Below, piece after piece: positions 24,463-36,000 of a stretch of DNA of 64,000 nucleotides. Both the position numbers and the translations under genes were made by a program. Each line of letters begins with the position of its first letter. Position 1 is the stretch's first letter. Below the pieces are notes generated by a model. That model searched no databases, was not told the DNA's origin, and saw only the letters and a program-made list of their open reading frames with translations. Where the stretch lies: assembly GCA_964016885.1 (NCBI GenBank), contig OZ024744.1, forward strand, positions 123,442,001-123,506,000, read 5' to 3'. The stretch is from Eledone cirrhosa. Taxonomy: Eukaryota.

Positions 24463-24770
24463 ACCCTATCATCATTCATCATCATTTCATTTTACGTCTG
24501 CTTTTCCCTGCTTGCAAGAGTGGGATGGGAACTGATTCTGGCTTGATTTCTACAGCTGGATGCCCTTCCTAACACTAACCTCATTTACAGTGAGTGCTGG
24601 GTGCTTTTTTGCCGTGGCACCTCCACGACCACTTTGCAGTGGAATGATAGGGACCCCAGTGCTATCATTTCATTTCTACAGCTGAGTAAACTGGAGCAAT
24701 GCGAAATAAAGTGTCTTGCTCAAGGAAACAACACATCACCCGGTCGGAGAATTGAACTCACAACCTTTTA
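24463..24770 (-). mobile_element. Copy of the same tRNA-derived SINE with the head truncated
   Basis: Colinear with 1436-1606 plus 4549-4650. Confidence 0.85.
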
Positions 24771-25089
24771 TGGACGAGTTCGCTGCAACGGTCTCTGTCC
24801 CTCATTATCGCTGCCATGTCCTGTGTCTCCAAAAGACCAGTGTCTGTCCTTAGGGCGTCAACATACGTTGACCTTAGTCTTCCTCTTCCAGTGTGTCCAT
24901 GTAGGGGCTCACACAGGAGCACTGAGTGCAATGTCAACTCTGGATGTCGGTGAGCATGTCCAGCTAACCTCAGTCTCCTCTGTGTCAATTTTGAACTGAC
25001 TTTTGGGAGGCTCCTTCACTGTATTTGTCACCAAAACTATGTCGTCGGCAAATTCAGCATCCGATATCTTGTTTGCCTTAACTCTCCTC

Positions 25090-25094
<5 letters not shown>
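24770..25094 (-). mobile_element. 3' LINE fragment (RTE-like RT end), internally deleted; inverted relative of 26180-26961
   Basis: RRLRLAGHAHRH..GRGRLRSTYVD. Nucleotide match to 26180-26260 and 26690-26935. Confidence 0.85.
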
Positions 25095-25122
<28 letters not shown>

Positions 25123-25235
25123 GACTCCAGTTCCCCAGTGAATTAACAACCCAACAAGGAACTGGGCATATCAGAGTATTGGCAATATCATACACCTAAA
25201 CAACATATGCACTTGTCTATACCATACTAATTCAA

Positions 25236-25290
25236 ACTGCCTGAAGAGGTCACAGCCAAAGATGGCTGTCACTGAAATATATATAGCAGT
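25236..25290 (+). ncRNA. Type I hammerhead ribozyme (Penelope-like, short palindromic stem III)
   Basis: ACTGC-CTGAAGA-GGTCACAGCCA(aaga)TGGCTGTCACT-GAAA-T(ATAT)A-TA-GCAGT. All core residues present, 5-bp stem I, AATAAA immediately downstream. Confidence 0.8.
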
Positions 25291-25334
25291 AATAAATGAA
25301 GCTAAATTTTAATCATTTGACTTTTATTTAACTT

Positions 25335-25339
<5 letters not shown>

Positions 25340-25422
<83 letters not shown>
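25340..25422. repeat. (TA)n microsatellite (others at ~24170-24348, 25095-25121 and 26085-26165)
   Basis: Direct inspection. Confidence 0.95.
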
Positions 25423-25424
<2 letters not shown>

Positions 25425-25699
25425 TAAATCATGTCCTTAGAATCACTAGATAAAATATATACCATTTCCTATCCCAATTAGCATAATTAACCATATAAAA
25501 ATCAATTAGACCAAGCTATAAGAATAAAGGCTCCTATGAAGAAATTTTCGACAAATAACCGAAAGCGGCCTCTTCGCGGTGGCCACGATAGAGTATTTAT
25601 CCAACATTTCAACAGCATGTAGAAACTGACCAAATATACCGTCAACCATACACAATTAGGTGTAAATTCCAACTTAGAAGAAATGTGTACATACCGTAA

Positions 25700-25780
25700 T
25701 TATCTCTACCATGGTTTCGTCCGTATTTTAAGACATCCAATAACAGGAAATGTCCAGAGTTTCGGACTCATCAGGAGCAA
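25700..25780 (-). ncRNA. Type I hammerhead ribozyme with extended stem II
   Basis: Minus strand reads TTGCTC-CTGATGA-GTCCG...CGGAC-GAAA-C(CATG)G-TA-GAGATAA. Stem III is the palindrome ACCATGGT. Confidence 0.78.
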
Positions 25781-26100
25781 ACTCAAAATTAGACATTTAA
25801 TTTTCCAAAGTGATCGCGCCAAAAATAGATTAAAAAATGGCTAAGAATCGTGACGTGGCAATGGTCAAGTTAGAAAGAATGTGATTAGTTGCTTACGGTG
25901 GGTAGGCTTGTTGCTAGAAAGCGCAGCCCAATATCGCCCAATTGTATCTCAACCTAACGAGAGATTATTAAATATAAAGGTTTACATATACATAAAGTCA
26001 TAGATATATATGTTTTGCAACCGGTCACGTTGTGGCTCAATGAAGAATTAATAAATTAAGTAATCAGAGCAATATATCATAAATCATATATATATAGTAT

Positions 26101-26168
<68 letters not shown>

Positions 26169-26179
26169 TAGTATCCGGC

Positions 26180-26961
26180 TCAGAGCAGGAGAGTTAAGGC
26201 AAACAAGATATCGGATGCTGAATTTGCCGCCGACATAGTTTTGGTGACAAATACAGTGAAGTAGGCAGAGGATTTGATGCAGGAGGTTGAGACTGTGTCG
26301 ATGAGTGTGGAGCTGAGAATGAATGAGACTAAAACAAAATATCTGGTAGAGAATGTTGAGAAGCCAGAGGGGATTACTAATGTAGGCGGGAAGCCGCTGG
26401 AATTGGTTGAGGACTTCCTGTATTTGGGAGCAAAGATTGGGAATACGGAAGATGATGTGGTCGAGAGGAAGAGCAAAGCCTGGGCGGTGTGCCACAGATT
26501 AAGATCGGTGTGGAAGTCGGACCTTCGTAAAGACCTGAAAATCCGCCTCTTCATTGCTGTACGGGTCTGAGACTTGGACACTGACCAAGAAACTCACTCA
26601 GATGGTGGATGGGTGCTACACGAGAATGTTGAGGATCGCTCTGAAGATTAATCAGTATACACTGAGGATGAAAAACTCAGAGCTGTATGGGAGCCTCCCA
26701 AAAGTCAGCTCAAAAGTGACACAGAGGAGACTGAGGTTAGCTGGAGATGCTCACCGACATCCAGAGTTGACATTGCACTCAGTGCTCCTGTGTGAGCCCC
26801 TGCATGGACAAACTGGAAGAGGAAGACCAAGGTTAACGTATGTTGATGCCCTAAGGACAGACACTGGTCTGTTGGAGACACAGGACATGGCAGCGATAAT
26901 GAGGGACAAAGACCGCTGGAGAGAACTCGTTCATGGATCTGGGGAAATTTACCCGCCCTAG
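26180..26961 (+). mobile_element. 5'-truncated LINE (RTE-like RT C-terminal region)
   Basis: EFAADIVL (FADD-like), LRMNETKTK, VEDFLYLG, YGSETWTLT and RRLRLAG..GRGRPR. Confidence 0.87.
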
Positions 26962-26970
26962 AATAGTTAA

Positions 26971-27248
26971 TACAAAATATTGTGAAATATGTAATAAAAT
27001 ACTGATAAATATTTCAGAAAGCCAGTATAAGGGTAAAGTATGACAAATAAAACAAAGTAATGTTTTAGCCAGTATATTTCAACATATTTCAGGGTAATTA
27101 CTCCCTTTTCAAACGTGGAGCTGAAAAGGAATAATTACCCTGAAATATGTTGAAATATACTGGCTAAAATATTACTTTATTTCTACCACATTATACTGGC
27201 TTTCTGAAATATTTATCAGTATTTTATTACATATTTCTATATTTTGTA
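26971..27248. repeat. ~280-bp imperfect AT-rich palindrome
   Basis: Arms such as TAATAAAATACTGATAAATATTTCAGAAAGCCAGTATAA and TTTTAGCCAGTATATTTCAACATATTTCAGGGTAATTA are mirrored around ~27115. Confidence 0.9.
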
Positions 27249-27305
27249 TATTTATTATTAAATTATAATTAATATTTAATTACTTTATATTGTGTATTTA
27301 ATTAA

Positions 27306-27507
27306 ATCATCATCATCATCACCGTTTTACGCTAGCATGGGTTAGACGGGTTGTCCTGTTGTGGGCAGTGTCCAGTTGGCTGACCTTGTCTTGCTCATAC
27401 AGGAACTGATTCTGGTTTGATTTCTACAGCTGGATGCCCTTCCTAACACCAACCTCATTTACAGTGAGTGCTGGGTGCTTTTTGTTATGACACCTACATG
27501 ACCACAT
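27306..27507 (-). mobile_element. 3' part of a related SINE ending in a satellite-like monomer
   Basis: (CAT)n tail, TTCTACAGCTGGATGCCCTTCCTAAC, then TTACAGTGAGTGCTGGGTGCTTTTTGTTATGACACCTACATGACCAC. Confidence 0.75.
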
Positions 27508-27624
27508 TTTTATATATTATATATTATTATTGTTATTGTTGATTATTAGAATCTCCATAAACAACCTTTCCCTAAATGTTTAAGGAGTCGTTTCCTCTCC
27601 TTCCTTTATTTGGTAATAAAAATT

Positions 27625-27760
27625 CATTCTGGACCCCATACAGTGGAGCTCCTCCACAAGATTGGAACACCGGTGGCCTCTCTGAGAAGGGAACCCCGCA
27701 AGGTTAGGTGGTTGTTGCAGCAGGTGTCACTGCCCATTGTCCACAGGGTTCAGCCCCTTT
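27625..27760 (+). mobile_element. CRE-like non-LTR element, C-terminal fragment
   Basis: GPHTVELLHKIG..REPRKVRWLLQQVSLPIVHR resembles the recalled CRE motif G..A..L..LG....GDPRE..WL.QRLS.A.QRGN. Confidence 0.5.
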
Positions 27761-27989
27761 ACTGCCACACCCTAGGCCCAGAGCCAATCATCTCCCCCTT
27801 CCCATTCTTCTGTGACACTAGAGTCCTTGCCATTCCCTCCCTTTCCTGTCTTTTCTCTTTTTCTCTTTATAATTTCTTATTCTACATTCCATTCTTCTCA
27901 ATCTAAATTTTCTTTATTTCTTTTTCTATTAAACTCTATTTATTTGATATATTCCAGAAATAAAATTACAGATTATTTTTTCTAGTCTC

Positions 27990-28130
27990 TGGTGTTCGAG
28001 ACGTTTGGCGGAATTGGGCGACTGACAGTGAAGTTTTTGTCTTCACTGGCGACTCACCTTACTGAGGTGTCAAGTGATGCCCGTGAGGGTGGGTGGTTAT
28101 TTCAGTGTCTTAGCCTCACCTTACAGAGGT
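27990..28130 (+). mobile_element. Second CRE-like restriction-like-endonuclease C-terminal fragment
   Basis: FETFGGIGRLTVKFLSSLATHLTEVSSDAREGGWLFQCLSLTLQR. Confidence 0.6.
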
Positions 28131-31100
28131 GTCAAGTGATTCCTGTGAGGGCGCTTGGTTATTTCAGTGCCTTACCCTCGCCATCACCCGTGGTAATGCT
28201 GTGAGTGTGTAGGCTTGCCTGAAAGGGTGTAGTTAACCCCCCAAGGTGTGAGATGTGACAGATTAAAACACCTGGTGGTGAATTGTTCCCCCACTCTTTT
28301 TTATTTTTATTTCCTTTATCATTTTTGTTCATCAATCTATATTATTGTGTCATTATACATGGTTTAGACATATTTGTCCTTCTGAATGAATTGCGAGCAA
28401 TTTTTGGTGTTATTTACGCATTTGTTCTGTTATTTAAAACATATTTGCCACGTTATTCTACTGTAAATCTTAATAAAATGATTAAAATTTTAATAATAAG
28501 AATAGCTTTACCTGTCATCCCTACAGAGCTTCAATAAACAAAATTGTCAATTCTCCCTGTCTAACAGGGAGATCTCCCACCCACCTCAAAGTGTGATAAT
28601 GGGTCTAGCTTTCATTATGTAAAATCTCCCCATTTTGCCTCATTTCTCCCTGTTTTGGTGCACTTTTTTCATGGTACTCTCAGTTTGGGTATTTAGAGGT
28701 TAACAGGTTTGAATAAAACAAAGTACCAGTTACTTACTAGGGTTGACTTAATCAACTTTTTGATGTGACACCTATATGACCACTTTACAGTGTGTAATGG
28801 GTATTTTTGTTGTGACACTTACATGACCACTTTACAATGTGTACTGCGTAATTGTTGTCATGACACCTACATGACCACTTTAGAGTGTGTACTGGGCCCT
28901 TTTTGTCATGACACCTGCATGACCACTTTACAATGTGTACTTGGTAATTTTTGTTGTGACACCTACATGACCACTTTATGGTGTTCAATGTAGGCTTTTT
29001 GTTGTGACACCTACATCACCACTTTACAGTGCGTACTGGGTACTTTTTGTTGTGACACCTACATGACCACTTTACAGTGAGTACTGGGTGCTTTTTGTTG
29101 TGACACCTACATGACGACTTTACAGTGTGTACTGGGACCTTTTTGTCATGACACCTGCATGACCACTTTATAGTGTGCAATGTAGGCTTTTTGTTGTGAC
29201 ACCTACATGACCATTTTTTCAGTGTGTACTGGATACTTTTAGTTGTGACACCTACATGGCCACTTTACAGTGTGTACTGAGTACTTTTTCTCATTACACC
29301 TATATGATGACTTTACAGTGTGTATTGGGTACTTTATGTCGTGACACTTACATTACCATTTTACAGTGTGTACTGAGTACGATATGTCATAGAACCTACA
29401 TGACCACTTTACAGTGTGTACTGGGTACATGTTGTTGTGATACACCAACATGACCTCTCTATAGTGTGGGGTGGGTGATTTTGGTGGTAACACCTACATA
29501 ATCAGTTTACAGTGTGTACTGTGTACTTTTTGTTGTGACACCTACATGACCACTTTACAGTGTGTACTGTGTACTTTTTGTTGTGACACCTACATGACTA
29601 CAGTGTGGGCTGGGTACTTTTTGTCATGACACCTACACAACCCCTTTACAATGTGGATTGGGTGCTTTTTGTCATGACACCCATGTGAACACTTTACTGT
29701 GAGGAATGGGTGATTTTTGTTGTGACGCCTACATGAACATTTTATAGTGTCGGCTGGGTGCTTTTTGTTATGACACCTACATCACCACTTCACAGTGTGT
29801 ACTGCGCCCTTTTTGTCATGACACTTGCATGACTACTTTATAGTGTGCAATTTGGGCTTTTTGTTGTGACACCTACATGACCACTTTACAGTGAGTACTG
29901 CGTGCTTTTTGTCATAACACCTACATGACAACTTTACTGTGTATACTGGGTACTTTGTATTGTGACACCTACATGACTACAGTGTGGACTGGGTACTTTA
30001 TGTCATTACACCTACACAACCCCTTTAAAATGTGGACTGGGTGCTTTTTGTCATGACACCCTTGTGAACAATTTACTGTGAGCACTGGATGCTTTTTGTT
30101 GTGACGCCTACATGAGCACTATATATTATCGGCTGGGTACTTTTTGTTGCGCCACCTGCATGACCTCTTCACAATGTGGACTGGGCCCTTTTTGTCATGA
30201 CACCTGCATGACCACATTATAGTGTGCAATCTGGGCTTTTTGTTGTGACACCTATATGACCACTTTACAGTGTGCACTGAGTACTTTTTGTCATGATACC
30301 TATATGACAACTTTACAGTGTGGATTGGGTACTTTATGTTGTGACACCTACATGTCTACAGTGTGAACTGGGTGCCTTTTGTCATGACACCTACACAACC
30401 CCTTTACAATTTGGACTGGGTGCTTTTTGTCATGACACCCATATGAACACTTTACTGTGAGAACTGGGTGCTTTTTATTGTGACGCCTACATGAAAACCT
30501 TATAGTGTCGGCTGGGTGCTTTTTGTTGTGACACCTAGATGACTACTTTACAGTATGTACTGGGTACTTTTTGTTGTGTGGACTGGGTCCTTTTTGTCAT
30601 GACAACTGCATGACCACTTTATAGTGTGCAATGTAGGCTTTCTTTGTGACAACTACATGACCACTTTACAGTGAGTACTGGGTGCTTTTTGTTGTGACAT
30701 CTACATGACGACTTTACAGTGTATACTGGGTATTTTTGTCATGATACCTACATGACCCTTTTACAGAGTGTACTGAGTACTTTTTCTCATGACACGTATA
30801 TGACCACTTTACAGTGTGGATTGTGTACTTCATGTCGTGACACCTACATGACCATTTTACGGTGTGTACTGAGTACTTTATGTCGACACCTACATGACCA
30901 CTTTACAGTGTATAATGGGTACTTTTAGTTGTGACATCTACATGACCATTTTACAGTGTGTACTGGGTACTTTTTGTTGTAGCACACCAACATGACCACT
31001 TTAGAGTGTAGGGTGGGTGATTTTTGTAGTGACACTAACATCACCAGTTTACAGTGTGTACTGTGTACTTTTTGTTGTGACACATCAATAACCACTTTAC

Positions 31101-32239
31101 AGCGTGTACTAGGTACTTTTTGTTGTGACGCATACATGATCACTTTACAGGATATACTGGGTACTTTGTATTATGCCACCTACATGACTACAGTGTTTGA
31201 CAGGTTACTTTTTGTCATGGCACCTACACAACGCCTTTACAATGTGGACTGGGTGCTTTTTGTCATGACACCCATGTGAACAATTTACTGTGAGCACTGG
31301 GTGCTTTTTGTTGTGATGCTACATGAACACTCCATAGTGTGGGCTGGGTGCTTTTTGTTGTGACACCTACATGACGACTTTACAGTGTGGACTGGGTCCT
31401 TTTTGTCATGACACATGCATGACCACTTTATAGTGTGCAATCTGGGCTTTTTGTTGTGACACCTCCATGACAACTTTACAGTGTGGACAGGATCCCTTTT
31501 GTTGTAACACCTACATGACGACTTTACAGTGTGTACTGGGTACTTTAATTATGACACCTACATAACCACTTTACGGTGTGTGCTGAGTACTTTATGTCAT
31601 GACACCGACAAGACCACTTTACAGTGTGGATTGGGTAATTTATGTCGTGACACCTACATGACCATTATACAGTGTGTACTGAGTACTTTATGTCATGGTA
31701 CCTACATGACCGCTTTACAGTGTGTGATGGGTACTTTTTGTGGTGACACCTACATGACCACTTTACAGTGTGTACTCTGTACTTTTTGTCATGACACCTA
31801 CATGACCACTTTACAGTGTGTACTGAGTACCTTTTGTCATGACACCTATATGACGACCTTACAGTGTGGATTGTGTACTTTTGTTGTGACACCTACATGA
31901 CCAATTTACAGTGTGTACTGAGTACTTTATGTCATGACACCTACATGACCAGACCACTTTACAATGTGTACTGGGTACTTTTAGTTGTGACACCTACATG
32001 ACCACTTTACAGTGTGTACTGGGTGCTTTTTATGTGACACCTACGTGACCACTTTAGAGTCTGTACCGAGTACTTTTTGTCATGACACCTATATGACGAT
32101 TTTAAGGTGTGGATTGGGTACTTTTATTGTGACATCTACATGACCACTTTACAGTGTGTACTCGGTACTTTTTGTTGTGTCACACCAACATGACCACTTT
32201 ATATTGTGGGGTGGGTGACTTTTGTGGTGTCATCTACAT

Positions 32240-33083
32240 CAGTGGTCGCCAACCTTTCTAAAGCCGAGGAACCCTCTAAATATTTTGAATTCTTCACGGA
32301 ACCTATACAATACAAAACTTTTCAAAAAAAAATAATAAAGTATTTATTTATTTTAGTGAACTTACGTTGTGAGAACAGCGAACTGACCCAGTCCCTCGGC
32401 TGAGAGACCTCGCTGAACTGAAGTTTTCAGTTTAAAGTTATGCTGTCACCGACCAACATTTACTTGTTTGTGATTGGTCAATTTCTAAGTTCAATTAGTG
32501 TATTATCAGTAGTAGTCAAATTCTCGGAATTCAGAAAACTATGTCTTTCCAAGAAGAAATTATTGTGTAAAGTGCTCAGGTGCACTACAACACGTCTAAG
32601 GTGTATGTATAGTACATAAAATAATACACAAATGTCAGGGAAGTGAATAGTGTATGAGTCATGGTATACATGTGTGTATGTGTATGGAGGGGGAACATTA
32701 CGTGTAGTGTTGGCGGATCTTGGGAAGCATGGAGGCCTTAAAGGACGCAGTGTCTCGACAGCTAACAATCGATGCAGGCAGTTTGTTCCATGCTTCAACA
32801 ACTCTGAGCGTGAAAAAATGTTTCCGAAAGTCATGGGAACTGTGCTGTTTTCTGATTTGTGGGCATGTCCACGTGTGTTAGACACATGGAAATCAAAAAA
32901 TTGATGCAAATTGATGTGGAATTGAAAGTATTCAATTTCCACGAATCTCAGAAGAGTGTTTTTCTGCTAATTCAAGTGAGAAACTGAAAGTAGTGTTTTC
33001 CACGAATTGGAGTGGTGAACCTGTCTACACTACAATAGAACTCGTTCATTTATACATTGCACCTTTGTCATTTTCTTTGCACC
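32240..33083. mobile_element. hAT (Buster-type) non-autonomous element, right end lost, carrying a LINE 3' fragment
   Basis: Starts CAGTGGTCGCCAA and is near-identical to 40499-41248. Confidence 0.85.
32550..33030 (-). mobile_element. CR1/L2-like LINE 3' end nested in the hAT element
   Basis: With one frameshift it reads NTRGHAHK..RKHFFTLRVVEAWNKLP..V..TASFK, typical of the CR1-group ORF2 end. Confidence 0.75.
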
Positions 33084-36000
33084 TAAATGACCACTTTACA
33101 GTGTGTACTGAGTACTTTTTGTAATGAAACCTATATGACCACTTTACAGTGTGGATTGGGTAATTTATGTCGTTACACATACATGACCATTTTACAGTGT
33201 GTACCGCGTACTTTAAGACATGACACCTACATGACCACTTTACAATGCATACTGAGTACTTTTAGTTGTGACACCTACATGACCACTTTACAGTATGTAC
33301 AGGCTACCTTTTGTTGTGACTCACCAACATGACCACTTTATAGTGTGGGTTGGGTGATTTTTGTGGTGACACCTACATGACCGCTTTACAGCGTGTGCTG
33401 GGTACTTTTTGTGGTGACACCTACATGACCACTTTACAGTGTGGATTGGGTACTTTTTGTCGCGACACCTGCATGACCACTTTACAGTGTGTTATGTGTA
33501 CTTTTTGTCATGACACCTATATGACGACTTTACAGTGTGGATTGCGTACTTTTTGTTATGACACCTACTTGACCATTTCACGGTGTGTACTGAGTACTTT
33601 ATGTCATGACAACTGCATGACCACTTTACAGTGAGTACTGGGTGCTTTTCTTTGTGACACCTACATGACGACGTTACAGTAAGTAGTGATTGCTTTTTGT
33701 AGTGACACCTACATGACGACGTTACAGTGGGGATAGGACGCCTTTTGTTGTGACACATACATGACGACTTTATAGTGTTTACTCTGTACTTTTTGTCATG
33801 ACACCTACATGACTACCTTACAGTGTGTACTGAGTAATGTTTGTCATGACACCTATATGACGAAATTACAGTGTGGATTGGGTACTTTTTATTATGACAT
33901 CTACATGACCACTTTACAGTGTGTACTTGGTACTTTTTGTTGTGACACACCAACATAACCACTTTATAGTGTGGGGTGGGTGATTTTTGTGGAGACACCT
34001 ACATGACTACTTTATAGTGTGGGGTGGGTGCTTTTTGTTGTGACACCTACATGACCACTTTACAGTGTGTACTGGGTACTTTTTGCATGACACCAACATG
34101 ACCACTTTACAGTGTGTACCAAGTACTTTTTGTCATGACACCTATATGACGACTTTACAGTGTGGATTGGGCACTTTTTGTTGTGACACCTACATGACCA
34201 TTTTACAGTGTGTACTGAGTACTTTATGTCATGACACCTACATGACCACTTTACAGTGTGTACTGGGTACTTTTAGTTGTGACACCTACGTGACCACTTT
34301 AGAGTGTGTTAAGAGTACCTTTTGTCATGACACCTATATGACGACTTTATGGTGTGGATTGGGTAATTTTAGTTGTGACATCTACATGACCACGTGTACT
34401 GGGTACTTTTTGCTGTGACACACCAACATGACCACTTTATAGTGTGCGGTGGGTGATTTTTGTGGTGACACCTACATGACCAGTTTACAGTGTGTACTGT
34501 GTACTTTTTGTTGTGACACCTACATGACCAATTTACAGTGTGTACTGGGAACTTTTTGTTGTGACACCTACATGACCACTTTGCAGTGTGTACTGGGTAC
34601 TTTTTGTTGTAACACCTACATACCACTTTAGAGTGTATACTTGGTACTTTGTATTGTGTCACCTATATGACTACAGAGTGGACTGGGTACATTTTGCATG
34701 ACACCCTCACAACCCCTTGACAATGTGGACTGGGTATTTTTTGTCATGACACGCATGTGAACACTTTACTGTGAGGACTGGCTGCTTTTTATTGTGGCGC
34801 ATACATGAACACTTTATAGTGTAGGCTGGGTGATTTTTGTTGTGACACCTACATGACGTCGTTACAGTGAGTAGTGATTGCTTTTTGTAGTGACACCTAC
34901 ATGACGACGTTACAGTATGTACAGGCTACCTTTTGTTGTGACTCACCAACATGACCACTTTATAGTGTGGGTTGGGTGATTTTTGTGGTGACACCTACAT
35001 GACCGCTTTACAGCGTGTGCTGGGTACTTTTTGTGGTGACACCTACATGACCACTTTACAGTGTGGATTGGGTACTTTTTGTCGCGACACCTGCATGACC
35101 ACTTTACAGTATGTTATGTGTACTTTTTGTCATGACACCTATATGACGACTTTACAGTGTGGATTGCGTACTTTATGTCATGACACCAACATGACACTTT
35201 ACAGTGTGTATCGAGTACTTTTTGTCATGATACCTATATGACGATTTTACAGTATGGATTGGGTACTTTTTGTTGTGACACCTACATGACCAGTTTAGAG
35301 TGTGTACTGGGAACTTTTTGTTGTGACACCTACATGACCACTTTGCAGTGTGTACTGGGTACTTTGTATTGTGACACCTACATGACTACAGCGTGGACTG
35401 GGTACTTTTTGTCATGACAACCTCACAACCCCTTTACAATGTGGACTGGGTGTTTTTTGTTATGACACCCATGTGAACACTTTACTGTGAGGACTGGGTG
35501 CTTTTTATTGTGACGCATACATGAACACTTTATAGTGTCGGCTGGGTGCTTTTTGTTGTGACACCTACATGACCATTTCACATTGTGGACTGGGCGCTTT
35601 TTGCATGACACCTACATGACGACGTTACAGTGAGTACTGAGTGCTTTTTGTCATGACACCTACATGACCACATTACAGTGTGTACTGAGTACTTTTTGTC
35701 ATGAAACCTATATGACAAAATCAGAGTGTGGATTGGGTACTTTTTTTTGTTACACCTACATGACGTTTTTTCAGTGTGTACTGAGTACTTTATGTCATGA
35801 CACCTATATGACAAGTTTACAGTGTATAGTGGATAAATTTAGTTGTGACACCTACATGACCATTTTACAGTGAGTACTGGGTACTTTTTATTGTGACACC
35901 TACATGACTACTTTACAGTGTGTACTTGGCACTTTTTCTTGTGACATCTACATGACCACTTTAAAGTCTGGACTCTGTAATTATTGTTGTGATATCTACA

